From NCBI GenBank assembly GCA_028534125.1, contig CM052817.1, positions 34,908,001 to 34,972,000 of the forward strand: 64,000 nt of DNA, given 5' to 3'. The stretch comes from Lama glama (Eukaryota). Under the pieces are notes generated by a model. The model saw only the letters and a program-made list of their open reading frames with translations. It did not search any database and was not told the DNA's origin. Within the stretch, counting starts at the first letter, position 1, and every line of letters starts with the position of its first letter. Shown here piece after piece: positions 27,062-40,622 of the stretch. A program made the translations under genes and the position numbers.

Positions 27062-27199
27062 AGGTGGATATAACACCTTTATGGAGAAAAGTATAAAGCT
27101 ATCAAAAAATATTTTAAAAGGCTTAAATAAGTGGAGGAATATTTCATGTTTCCAGATAAAAACACATAACGTGTAGAAATGGCAGTTCAAACTAAATTC

Positions 27200-28533
27200 A
27201 AAGATTCAGTTTCCAGTCTACAAGTAAGAAGCTAGAAAGTCACCTCTCCATCCTAACAAGTAAAAAAGCTGAAAAAACTTAAGGCTAACTCTTCTTAGAT
27301 TTGTAAAAGAAGTAAGGTCACAGGACAAACCACTGCCACAATTGGAGAGACCGGCAGGAGAACACAGACTCACAACTTCACCCAAGCACGAACCCTCGAG
27401 CTGAAACCACAGGAACCAGTGCTGATGTAGGGAAAACAGCTGTAATTGACAAGTTGCCCCAGATAAGTGTGAATAAGCCTGAGAAATAAAAACTCCAGGG
27501 GAACCCAGTCTTTGGCAATAAAACTTTTGTGAGTTTTACCTCCTATAGCTCTACCAAGTTCTTACATTGAATATCAGAAAAAAAAATCCCTTTGTGCTTC
27601 TAGCAGGGGGAGGGGGAAAGGAACCATTTAAAAATATGTCAGAATATTCTGTTCTTAACAAAGTCTGCTCTCAGAAGAAAGTAGCCAGAACCTAACAGAT
27701 GTGGGAGAAGGGAAATACCCAACTTCAGCCCACTCTCCCACCTAAAGCAGGAGAAGGGGCTGAAGAGCACAGATAAAGTTCATAGTCAAGAGTACAGACT
27801 CACTAAAAAACAGACCACCACATTACTAGGGCCTATTTACAGCAGTTCTTTTTACCTGGTACATCATGTCTGGCTATCAAGAAAAAATTATAAGATACTA
27901 AAAAACACAATTTGAAGAGACAAAGCAAACATTAGACTCAGGTATGGCAGGGATATTGGAATTCTCAGAATAGGGATTTAAAACAACTAAGATTAATTTG
28001 CTAAGGGCTCTAATGAATAAACCAGAGAGCATGCAAGAACAGATGGGCAATGTAAGTAGATAGAAAGCAGTAACAAATATGGTAGCTCTTAATCCAACTA
28101 TATCAAAAACCATTTTGAATGTTTAAATACACCAATTTAAAGACAGAGATTGTCAGAGTGGATCAAAAAATAAGACCCAATCATAAATTGTCTACAAGAA
28201 ACCCACTTTAAAAATAAAGACACAGGTAGGTTAAAAGTAAATGAATGGAGAAAAAATATACCCCATGCTAATACTAAAGAAAGCAGTAGATATATTCATT
28301 TCAGACAGAGCAGACAGCAGAGTAAGGAAAGTTATCGGGGATGAAAAAGGGCATCACATAATGATAAACAGGCCAATTCTCCAGCAAAACATAACAGTCC
28401 TTAATGTGTATATGCCTAACAACAGAGCACTGAAATAGGTGAGGTGAATACTAATAGAACTACAAGGGGAAGTAGATGAATCACTAGTATAGTTGGAGAC
28501 TTCAGTACACCTTTATCAGAAATGGACAGATCC
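27200..28533 (+). mobile_element. Older L1 5' region with ORF2 endonuclease remnant
   Basis: 28130-28530 encodes EN-like motifs ([32 protein letters not shown]) with disruptions; 5' boundary approximate. Confidence 0.7.
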
Positions 28534-29546
28534 AGACAACCTACGGAATGGGAGAAAATATTTGCAAACAATGCAACTGACAAAGGCTTAATTTCCAGAA
28601 TATACAAACAGCTCATACAACTCAATAACAAAAGACAAACAAACCCAATAAAAAATGAGCAGAAGTCCTAAACAGACATTTCTTCAATGGAGACATACAA
28701 ATGACCAATAGGTACATGAAAAAATGCTCAATATTGTTAATTATCAGAGAAATGCAAATCAAAACCACAATGAGGTATCACCTTAGTTGGATTGACCATC
28801 ATTAAAAAGTCTACAAAAACAAATGCTGGAGATGTTGTGCAGATAAGGGAACCCTCCTACATTGTTGGTGGGTTGGTAGTTTGGTGCAGCCATTGTGGAA
28901 AACAGACTTTACCCTATGATCCAGCAATCCTACCCCTAGGCATATATCTGGTGGAAACTCTAATTCAAAAAGATACATGCACCATAGTGTTCACAGCAGC
29001 ACTATTTACAATAACCATAACACGGAAACAACCTAAATGTCCATCAACAGATGACTGGATAATATACATATATATATAATACAAAAATGATGGAATACTA
29101 CTCAGCCATAAAAAAGAATGGAATTATGCCATTTGCAGCAACATGGATGGACCTACAGATTATCATACTAAGTGAAGTAATCTAGAAAGAAAAAGACAAA
29201 TACCACATAATATTATTTACATGTGGAATCTGAAAAAATGACATAAATGAACTTATTTATGAAACAGAAACATAATCACAGACATAGAAAACAAACTTAT
29301 AATTACTGGGGGGAAAGGGAGGGAGGGATAAATTGGGAGTTTGGGATTTGCACATATTAACCACTATATATAAAACAGATAAACGACAAGGCCCTACTGT
29401 ATAGCATGGAGAACTATATTCAATATCTTGTAGTCACCTACAGTGAAAAAGAATATGAAGAATATATATGTGTGTGTGTATAACTGAATCACCATGCTGT
29501 ATACCAGAGATTAACACAACACTGTAAATGACTATACTTCAATTAA
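28534..29546 (+). mobile_element. L1 3' portion (ORF2 C-terminus and 3'UTR)
   Basis: [25 protein letters not shown] motifs; 3'UTR ends gactatacttcaatta. Confidence 0.9.
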
Positions 29547-30567
29547 TACAAACAGCTCATACAGCTTAATATCAAAAAAAAAGCCAACAAACAACCCAAT
29601 CAAAAAAATGGACAGAAGACCTAAATAGACATTTCTCCATAGAAGACATCCAGCTGACCAATAGGCACCTGAAAAGATGTTCAACATAACTAATTATGAG
29701 AGAAATACAAATCAAAACTACAATGAGGTATCACCTCACACCAGTCAGAATGACCATCATTAAAATGTTTACAAATGATAAATTCTAAGAGGAGGTGGAG
29801 AAAAGGAACCCTTCTACACTGTTGGTGGGAATGTAGTTTGGTGCAGCCAGCATGGAGGACAGTATGGAGTTTTGTTAGAAAACTAAAAATAGACTTACCA
29901 TATGACCCAGCAATCCCAATCCTGGGTATATATCCAGAGAAAACTATAATTTGAAAAGACATGCGCACCCCAATGTTCACAGCAGCACTATTTACAATAG
30001 CCAAGACATGGAAACAACCTAAAGGTCCATCAAAAGATGAATGGATAAAGAAGATATGATACATATATTACATATATACATATATATATAATATATATAA
30101 TGGAATATTACTCAGCCATAAGAATGAAATTATACCATTTGCAGCAACATGGATGGACCTAGAGATTATCATATTAAGTAAATCAGAGAAAGACAAATAC
30201 AAATACAAATATGCTATCACTTATATGTGTAATCTACAAAAAGATACACATTTTATTTACAAACCAGAAATAGTCTCACAGACATAGAAAACAAACTATG
30301 GCTACCAAAGGGAAAAGGGTGAAGGGAAGGATAAATTAGGACTTTGGGATTAACAGATACACACTACTACATATAAAATAAATAAACAATAAGGACCTAC
30401 TGTATAGCATGGGGAACTATATTCAGTTTCTTGTAGTAAGCTATAATGGAAAAGAATCTGAAAATATATGTATATGTATAACTGAATTGCTTTGCTGCAC
30501 ACCTGAAATCAACTACACATCAATAAAGAAATAAAATAAAATAAAAATAGCAAATGAATAAATAAAC
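29547..30567 (+). mobile_element. Second 5'-truncated L1 3' portion with A-rich tail
   Basis: Repeats the ORF2 C-terminal and 3'UTR sequence of 28600-29546 with many differences; ends in (aaata)n. Confidence 0.9.
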
Positions 30568-33089
30568 ACTAGCTCTATCTGGAATTCTGTTTTGCATAAG
30601 ACAGTGGGTGAAGATTCTTTTTTTTTTATTTTAACAAGCATCTCGTATATCATTTATAATTAGCCCATATTTCACCACTGATAATTCAATGGATATACTG
30701 TCATGCTTTTACATATGGGTAGATATGGTACTGACCTCTCTGTCTTAAGCTTATAAAATATGGTCTTGATGAATTGAATTAATTCATGGAGCCCCTAAAT
30801 AAACAATGTCTTCTGTAGATTTCAAATATGCTCTGTTTGGGAAGAGAGTTTTCTAGATCTACTTCTGTCAGGTCCTCTGATGGCCACTGTGGTCTGTGGG
30901 GTCTGCCTACTCTTCCTCGATGACAGAGCTCTACTTGTCACAGGGTAGGAACATGCCAGACAAAAGTGAAAAATCAAGATGGCATAAACCATTGTGGATC
31001 TTAACCTGCTACATATTACAGTCATTGGGGAAATATTTAAAACTGCCAATATCTGCACCCCACCTCAGCCAAATAAATAAGGAACTCTGAAGGAGGGGCC
31101 CAGGTTTTTGTAAACCTCCAGGTGATTACAACAGCAGACGGTGGCCCTGGTCAAAGCTGGCCGTGACTATCCAATTTTTTGCCTGTATTTAGTTTAGGAG
31201 TGTGCATCTATGTGACCCAGTTTTGGTCAGTGAGACGTAAGAGAAAATCTGCTAATGGGTCCTAGAAAAGATCTTCCACGCTGATGAAAGTTCATAAGAT
31301 ATACATGTCTTCTTTTGCCTGTGTGTCTTCTCCCTTCTTGCCATGTTGTGATATGAGGAGGTAATGAGAGCTGCGGCAGCTGTGATCATGAAGGTAGGAC
31401 GATCACCTGAGGCATCAAAGAAAAATGTAAATCATGGAATGATGTGTGTGTATTAAGAGCAAATATATTAAAGAATATTATGTATATAAACAGTAGAGAG
31501 AGTAGGTGCAATTATTTGAAATTTTAGGGTATTGGATTTAACGTCTTTAATGGTTACCTATATGTTACTACTAATCATTAGAGGCTTCTATTTAATTTTC
31601 ATTGCACAGTCATGATCCTTTTATGTTTTGTAGATGATTTAAATAATATGTGCAGAATGCTTGAGAGTGCTTTGGAAGAAATTTTACATTGTTTCCTTAG
31701 AATTTAACATATCTTGTATTTGTTATAAAGAGCCCTTTATCTTTGAACGTTTTTTCCTAGACCAGCAGCTCTTATTTTACCCCCCAGGGTTTGCCAAGCT
31801 GTAACTAAGCCAATATCGATTCTCTGCAACCACTTTGAGGCCCAGATTGATCAGTCAATATTATAGCACTTAGGGAAAGAGAACTTTCTAAAAGGATTTC
31901 TAAGTAGTGGAATAATACAATATTTAAATCTAAACACTATATGCTTTCCTAAGTTTGTAGGTCCTAAATTTAATTTGAAAAAAAAAAACTTGAAGTGGTT
32001 TGTATTAAAATTTACTCATTATAACTTTACTCAGTGTTTTTTTAACCAAGTTTACTTTAAATTAACTATAGCTATAAATGTACTATATCTAACTTGGGCT
32101 CATAAAAATTCATTTCCATGTTTGTTTATTCAAGGGGAATAATCTGCTGTGAGATTGACCAAACCATAACATTTATCACAGCAAATAGTTCTCTAAGTAG
32201 AAGAGAGAGGAGGAATAGTTAATGAGTGTAATAGACTGAGTATTTTGACTTTTATTGATGGAGCCTGAAATTATGTGTCTCTCCCTAGGGCATCCTCTTC
32301 AGAATTGTGATTTCTCAACTTATTCTCAGGGTCCCTTTTCTTTTGAATAATTTCTTGCCTCTCAGCCTTGTCTTTGGATCACAATTTTTTTTCTGCCTGA
32401 AAAATTACAGTACTGCTTATCATCAGGGGGTATAAAATTTATCAAAATACTCTAGAAATGAATTGAATTATTTCTCATTCTGTATCATAGTAGAGTCATT
32501 CTGGATCCTGGTAGGACTGTACATCACAGTCCTCGTGTTCTACAAAGATTAGGCAGATGACTAGCTGGACCAGTCAAACTGTCTGCCTCTGCCAGGAATC
32601 TGAGTCTTGGGCAGAGTAACACTGGGTGGAATAAAAGCACTTGGCAGTAAATCATTCTGATGGTCACACCCAAAGAGACCACCTGTAAATGTCTTCTATA
32701 AAGATCCCCAAAGTTGTTCAGGTCTATTTCTCCCAAGATAAGTGGTTCTATTCTTTGATTCTATGACTCACCCAACAGTCTTCCCATGTTGTTATCAGGG
32801 AGTGCTAGGGAGCCCTTAGGTTAGCTGAAGTTAGTTTCTGTAGCTTGCAACCAAAGCTCCCCAAGCAATGCAGGCTAAAACATGTATATACACAAAATCA
32901 AATCAGCTATATTAAACAATGAATGATAGGTGCCAAGTGAATGATACAGACAGTAAGTGTTGTAATAGCTCAGAAGAGTTAAATATATCTGTTGTCTGAC
33001 AGAGCCAAGGAAGACTTTATAAAGGAAATGGGACACGCATCACTGAGCTCCTGCCACCCACCCACTGGACAGCATCCATGAAAATCAGT

Positions 33090-33320
33090 AGCAGTGTAAC
33101 ACTGAGATAAGAGCTCAGACTCTGAAGGCAGAGAGAACTGGGTTCAAATCCTGGCGCTTCCAGGTTGTATGATCTTGTTCAAGTAGGTTAGCCTCCTTGT
33201 GCCATAATATCCTTATTTGTAAGATGGAAAGAGTAGTACTCCTCTCGTAGTTTCATTGTAAGGATTAAACCCGGTAATGTCCGGACAATGGTTAGCACAG
33301 TGCTAATAAGCACTTAATTT
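33090..33320 (+). mobile_element. MIR SINE
   Basis: taagagctcagactctgaag...ctgggttcaaatcctggc...aggattaaa...ttagcacagtgc. Confidence 0.7.
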
Positions 33321-35293
33321 TAAAAAGAAATGAATCAATCATGCGTTTCTTGACAATGTTTGAGACATCAGACTCATCTCTCCAGGGCGAGTGGATGAAA
33401 GGGAGCAACATCCTTGGGCCAAGGAAGCAACATCACCAAAAAGCGATCCATTCCTCACCCCATCCAACTCCCACCATACATGCACCACACATTTTCTCAG
33501 GATGGAGGGCATCTCATCAAGGTCTCTGTGCCGCTATTATCACAAAGTCTTCAATAACTTGCTAATGTTGGCTTATTAGCGTGTAGCAATCCTGTGAGAC
33601 AAGCATCATTATCACTATAACACATGGAGGGGCACAGTGAGTATAATGTCCTCACTTGGGTAACTCAGAGGGTCGCCCGAAGACTAAGAAATGGATTTTT
33701 ATTAATTTGATGCCTTTCCTAATTTATAAAGCCTCCATTCTTTCATATGTGGCCAAGCAAGACTAAGAAGGCAACTATTCACATCTCCCACACACATACA
33801 CCCAGTTCATCTCTTAGAGCCGAAAGGGTGAGAAATCTGACAGACTGAGCTTTTATTTTCCTAGACAGACTAACATCTCCCTTTAAAGGGAGTGTTTAAA
33901 TTACTGGGTCAGTTTTAGACATTAATTGTTTTTCCTCCTTACCAGCAGGTGGGGACCGAGGAAGAAGGCTGAATTCGTTAACAAAATGTCTCCATACTGC
34001 TGAGATGTGGTGTGAACTAAATTCACAATCCTGCTAAGTAAATCTAAAAATCAATTAGAATACGGAGTATTAAATTCTATGAAGAGAAGCTCCTATGGGA
34101 ACACGATGCAGCAAAGTAATTAATGTGTTAGATCAGACCTGTAGAGGATCCCACCCAGGATTTGGTCCCCCCAGTGAAACCAGTGCACGTGGGCTGAGGG
34201 GCAGAGCGAGGGAGCATGGCTGATTTTGACTTGGCATTTCATCAACTGGAAACTTAAGAGCATTCCTTGAAATATCGCCAGGTTGGCATCTATTGATTTC
34301 TCCAACTCTTGTTGAAAATTTTTATATATCTACACCATTTCTTGGGGCTTTCAATCTCTGAAGAGGATATTTCTGAAAATTCTATTTGTTATCACCCAGT
34401 TTTGGTAAGTTAGAAAGCGTGAGGTGAGGTGACGCAGGTTCTCTGTGTATCAGAATCTTCCTCTTCAGATGGTTTCTCCCACTTTGAGAAAAAAAGAAGC
34501 CACTATGTTTATTTATGTTCGAGGTTTAGATAGTAAGTATACTTTGCTCAGAATGGCTCAAAACGTTAATTTTTATTTCCTCTCATCCAGTTCTTCTTCC
34601 TGCCCCCAGATAATAACTTGGGAAGAATCCATGACTTTTTTGGTGTCTTTGAAGTAGAGTAAGTCCTCGGTTAGCAATTGAAAAACCTATGAGAGTTCCC
34701 TGTCATAAGCAGAACTGCGAACGTGGTTCAGTGGTCAGTGTTCTCACCCTTCTCCAGCTTGAGCCCACCGCAGGCAGAGAAGAAACGGGAAATGGTCCCT
34801 TGCTTTCCTCTTTCCCCATCCCCACTTCAATTCCTCCTCTCCCCAGACTGCTAAAGGACGGGGAGGGGGGAGATGAGGGAAAGGGATAGGAAAGTCCTTG
34901 CTTGACCAGTATTTCTGTGAACCAACGCCTGCTCTCCAGTATTTAAATCTGACTCTCTCTTTGTTGTTGTTGTGGATGCTTTGGAGGCCCTCCTCCCTTC
35001 CCTGAGGGTCTCTGACCTGCAGCTCATTTGCCAAGAGTCAATACATCTCAATTCCCAACAGTCTCTGACTCCTTCCCCTACCCCTGGAACTGGCATCATC
35101 CCAATTTCCCTCAGCAGAAGACTCCTTGTCTTCCTGCAGACCTTCCTAGACAGGACCTTTTTCTGTGAGGGTTTAGCTGCAGACCAGAGAAACCCCTCTA
35201 GATCGTTTCAGTGGAAACGGACTTAGAACCAGGTTGTTGGAGGCTTACAAAATTGTTTGGAAGGGCTAGAATAGGCTCTAGGCAAAGCTTCTT

Positions 35294-36051
35294 TTTTTTT
35301 TTTAATTGAGTTATAGTCAGTTCACAACGTTGTGTCAATTTCCAGTGCAGAGCACAATTTTTCAGTTGTACATGAACATACATATATTCATTATCACATT
35401 CTTTTTCACTGTGAGCGACCACAAGATCTTGTATATATTCCCCTGTGCTATACAGTATAATCTTGTTTATCTATTCTATATATACCAGTCAGTATCTACA
35501 AATTTCGAACTCCCAGTCTGTTCCTTCCCACCTCCCTCCCCCTGGCAACCACAAGTTTGTATTCTATGTCTATGAGTCTGTTTCTGGTTTCTGTTTTGTA
35601 TTTATGTTCATTTGTCTTTTTCCTTTTTTTTCAGATTCCACATATGAGCGATCTCATGTGATATTTTTCTTTCTCTTTCTGGCTTACTTCACTTAGAATG
35701 ACATTCTCCAGGGACATCCATGTTGCTGCAAATGGCGTTATGTTGTCATTTTGTGGCTGAATAGTATTCCATTGTATAAATATACCACATCTTCTTTATC
35801 CAGTCATCTGTTGATGGACATTTAGGCTGTTTCCATGTCTTGGCTATTGTAAATAGTGCTGCTATGAATATTGGGGTGCAGGTGTCTTTTTGAAGTAGGG
35901 TTCCTTCTGGATATAAGCCCAGGAGTGGGATTACTGGGTCACATGGCAAGTCTATCCCTAGTCTTTTGAGGAATCTCCACACTGTTTTCCACAGTGGCTG
36001 CACCAAACTTCATTCCCACCAGCAGTGTAGGAGGGTTCCCTTTTTTCCACA
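35294..36051 (-). mobile_element. Young 5'-truncated L1 with perfect 15-bp TSD
   Basis: TSD taggcaaagcttctt at 35279-35293 and 36052-36066; poly-T head; ORF 35746..36006 is an intact ORF2 C-terminus. Confidence 0.95.
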
Positions 36052-36544
36052 TAGGCAAAGCTTCTTGAAACAGCTCCCATTCCAAGATCACATCTTCTTT
36101 GTGGTCAGGAAAGCTTCCACCAATGCTTCAGACAGCTCCTGAAGCTACCTCCTCCACAACCCATTCCAGTCTAGTGGACACCTCTCACACTGCCCTCCCT
36201 CTCCTCATCCAGTTCCTAATGCCAGTCTCATATGAGTGCAGATGATGGTGGAACTTCAGCTCAAGGCACCCAGGAAACACAAAACTTAGCTTTCCAGCTT
36301 CTCAAACAGAAAGGCCATGGCCTAGAGTGGATGCCAAGGGACTCAGTCCGTAGGATCTGGTACAGGACCCAGGATCTCTCACATGAGATTCATACCTGGC
36401 TGTGGAAAAGATGCAACAAAGTCTGAGAGGGTGCCTTCAAGTCAGGGTCTCTCCCTTGTTCAAGAGATACATTTTAAGTGGTCTCTTTATGTCTCCTTCT
36501 CTTGATTTGAGATGAAGAGAGAAGCTGTCCAAAAATTCTGGATC

Positions 36545-37070
36545 ACTTCTAACATTTGCTTACACTTGTTAACAGAACCCTGATTTGGTGTGAGAATAGG
36601 TCATAACTGATTCAGGCCATCTTGGCCAGTGACTGCCCTCAGGGTGGGTGGACGTGGAACCCCGTTCTGGCCAATAAAGGGAGTGCCGCTAATGCATTCT
36701 GGGAGACATTTCTGTCTGACGAGAGGGGGGCCTGTGAGGAAAAACCTGGTGTTTTCTTATTGTGAAATCCCTGCCCTCTGCCCTCACTTCTCGTTTTCAG
36801 TGCTGATGCATGTGGACTTGTTTCTTAGACTTGTGACAGCCATCCTGTGACCATGGGGCAAAAGGCCTGAGGATGGAAGCCACCCACTGAGACAGCAGAA
36901 GCGTGAAAAGTGGTCAGGTCTCAATGGCATTAATTGCATTGCAAACCAAACTAGGACCCACTACTGTCAGGTATTTTGTCAAGTGAAATCACGAGATACT
37001 TTTATTACTCAACCAGCTCTTAGTCAGGCATTCTGATACTCGCAGCCAAATGCATGTTGACTGACTGACA
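36545..37070 (+). mobile_element. Old ERVL-MaLR LTR (MLT1J/K/L-like)
   Basis: ttctggccaat, cagccatcctgtgaccatg, tactcgcagccaaatgcat...actgactgaca end. Confidence 0.6.
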
Positions 37071-38039
37071 CTCAGGCTGAGTCCCTGGAACCCATGATAA
37101 GTGAGAGAGAGGGAGGGAGATGGCGGGGGGGAGAAAGAGAGGGAACCAGTCTGGACCTAGGGAAAGATTTGGAGCCTAAGTCAGCAAGTGAGTATTTTCA
37201 TGCTTCTGTACAGTTAGGACTTTCTGAGCAAGTTTTACCAGAACCTGAGTTAAAGAACCAGCATTGGGAGTTAAATTATGACTATGATTGAATAGCTGGT
37301 GAGACAGCTCTGGAGAGATTTACCTCCCTGGAGGTATGTGTTTACATTTCAAAGGGGGCCAAACCTGCAACCAAGGAGACGTCCCAGGAGGTGTAAACCA
37401 GGAGAGGCTTCTCTGGTCTTCCCCTCCCCGCCAGACATCTGTTTATATTCCAGAAGGTAATAGCCCAGGAACTTTTCCCTTCTCTTCCCACAGAAAATTA
37501 GTGTTAAGTAGGCAGAACCTTTCTCCCTGAGAAAGGGAGAGAGAGCTATTCCTCTCATATATAAACTCTCAGATCCCTGATTGGGGGCAGGTGCCTCCTC
37601 TCCTGTAGCACAGAACCCGGTGAATGTCAGGTGACATCTGACTCCATCTCACCCTGGGGGTTGGGCAAGGATAGCTCCTGATATAAGGAACAAGAGCTGA
37701 TCTCTGCTCCAGAAACCTCACATATGCATTCAGGATAATAGAAATAAACATAGATATTAAAAACTGATCAGCCATAGAAAGAGGCTTGTGCATGATTCTT
37801 CGCTGGAGAATGTGACTCAGTTACAAAACAGTTTAATGTGATTTTAGGCTGTGTTGATATACACTGAAAGTACTGTGCAGATATATCAAGGGAAACAAAT
37901 ATATCTAAGTCCCCAGTTGTAACCTGATGTAACCATTTCTGGGCATAAATTTCAGTAAGAAACTGAGAAACTAGAGTGTTTCTACACCAGAGGAGGTAGC
38001 CAGATAAGTGATGGTCTTGGAGACCATGACTTGCAAGCA

Positions 38040-38350
38040 AAGGTAGAAGGATCTGGGGTATTCTGAAGGGTCATCCTACCTATGAGGGAAAAATTACTTT
38101 CTTTTGATTGCTCAAAACAAATGGCTCACACACAAGGAGAGGCAGATTTTAGCTTCGTATAAACAAGAATTTTTCTAACAAAGATTTCAGCAATGCAGTG
38201 AGCTGCTTGGAAAAGTAGTGAGTCCTCTTGTCATTGGAAGTAGTCAGGTGGCAGCTGGGATGGCCATCTGTTGGAGAGGTTGAGGAAGAAATCTGTAGTT
38301 GATGTGGGAGATTGCCTAGTTGACATTTTAGGACCCTGACAACTCTGTCT
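38040..38350 (+). mobile_element. L3/CR1 LINE 3' fragment
   Basis: gaggcagattttagct...gtagtgagtcctcttgtcattggaagt...ggaccctgacaactctg typical of L3 3' ends. Confidence 0.55.
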
Positions 38351-39874
38351 CCACCAAGTTTAACTGGTCACCATCTGAATATTCTCTTTCTAGCCATTGT
38401 CCTATAGAGTTCCCTTCCTTGATAGTCTGCCAAATTCAAAGTTGTTTTTAACTTCCAGAGTTGAAGTCAAGGCTCTATCAATTACTTTGTGATTTCTGGT
38501 AAATTACATAATGTCCTCTGTAAAATGGGGATACTGATACCAATACTTCCTACTTCATAGGGTTATTATGGTGATTAAATGAAATAATAGCTGTAAAGCA
38601 CGCACAGCACTTAGAACAGAATCTAACAAGTGCTCAAACCCAACGGTTAATATTGGTTTATTAATATCTTCACTTACTGTCTCACCACCTTTCACTTGGC
38701 TACCTACTCATCCTTCACATCTTTGTTAGTTTGAATTTACATTTCTCTTATTTTCGGTGAGTTTGAGTGTTTTCCATATATGACAAAGAGCAATTTGAGC
38801 AATTACATCTTCAAACCTTTGTCTATTTAAAAATCATATTATATACAACATATGTAATAATATACTATATATTAAAACTTATATATTATATTTCTAATAT
38901 AGTCTATTATTTGTTAGTCATGTTACTGTCAATTTATAGGAGTTTTTTATATATTGGGTCTATGGTGAGAGTTGTAACATTTTTCCCAACTTATCCTTTG
39001 TCCTTTGACCATAGAACTTTCAAGGTTTCTTTTGAAGTTTAGAGTATGTGGAAGGTTTTTAAATACATATATATTAGTGCTTATCAATCTTTTATTCATG
39101 CAAAGCCTCCACTCTTATCTCTATTCTTACTGACTCCAAAAGGTGACAAAAAGGTGTAGCTCCTCGCACTAGCATTATGAAATGAACGTTTCTGATGTCT
39201 TTGTAGACACACAAAATAAACTGCTTCATCATCAGGATGCTTTTGTGTTGTGTTTTTAAAACAGACTTACCCTTTCTTGACGATAATTTACCCTTGTCTC
39301 TGCTGCTGAAGAATAGCTTCTCAGAATAACATCTAATCATTTTGTAGCCAAGTTGCTACAGAGGTTCCACTGCAAGGCTCCAGACAGACTGGAACTATCG
39401 TAACCATTTTCTTATCTGCCAGTAATAATCAGGTTGCCAGCCAACCAGACACCTGGTGATAGGGAAATTGAGTCCCTGCTGCTTACAAGAAAGGACCTGA
39501 ATTAGTTGGCAGTAATGTCGACATTTCAGCCCCATCGCTGGGCCACTCACTGAAGGGAGGTAGCAGTGCTATAGGGAACTTGTATCAGAAGGCGTGATTC
39601 ATTCAGTTCAGTTCTTCAATCCATACTTCCTGGTCTTTTGTTAACAGCCAAACACCCTGCCTGGCTTATGGGCACAAAGAAGAACACATTAATCTTCTAT
39701 GTACTGTAAGGAGCTCACAGTCTAAAGGGGGAACAGGATAATCAGTGACTACAATAGAGTTAGCGACATCCAGAGACACAGAATATGTTTTGGAAATACA
39801 GAGCAGAATTTTATCTCAGTGTATCTCTGAGGTTCTCCTAAACATTACCTGCATATCCAGCTGTTTCCCTGTAA

Positions 39875-40622
39875 GTTATCTTTACTCACAACACTTAACA
39901 TTTTTAAATGAGAGGTTTTCTCCCCCCCGAAACCAAATATGTGACATCTTTTCCAAAACCACTTCTCCAACTCTCTGGACACCAAGGGGTCCAGAATTCA
40001 ACTCAATTCGGACACAAACTGCTTGGCATTAGTACAGACCCCACTGGTTATGGGCTCAGTCCCACAAGGCTGTCTCCCTCTCAGGTTAGATAATTTACTA
40101 GAACAGAACTCAGGAAGACACTCTGCTTACTATTACCAGTTTATTATAAAGGATGCAATTCAGGAACAGCCAAGTGGAAGAGATGCTTGGGGCAAGAAAG
40201 TGGGGAGCTCCATGCCTTCTCCAGTACTCCACCCTCCCAGCCCCTGGTGTCCTCACCAACCTAGAAGCTTTCTGATTCCTGTATAGGGAATTTCTAAAAC
40301 CCTGTCTAGGGTTTTTACAGAGTTCCAGTAAGTAGGCACAATTGCTTAAATTATTGACCATTGGTGATTAACTCAATCTCTAGCCCCTCTCTGCTGTTTA
40401 GAGGTTGGAGAGGGGCAGGGCTGAAAATTCCAAGCTTCTAATCAAGGCTTGGTCTTTCTGGTGACCACCCTCATCCTGAAGCTATCCAGGGCCCTGTTTA
40501 GGGTCATTTCATTAGAATAGAAGATGCTCCTATCACCTTTTTCACTTAGGAAGTTCCAAGAACCTTACAAGCTCTGTTCCAGGACTGACGGAAAGACCAA
40601 ACATCTCTCTTACTGTGCCACA
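39875..40622. mobile_element. MER21-like LTR
   Basis: ctccaactctctggacacca...ggctcagtcccacaag...tattaccagtttattataaaggat...aagttccaag...tgccaca motifs. Confidence 0.65.
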
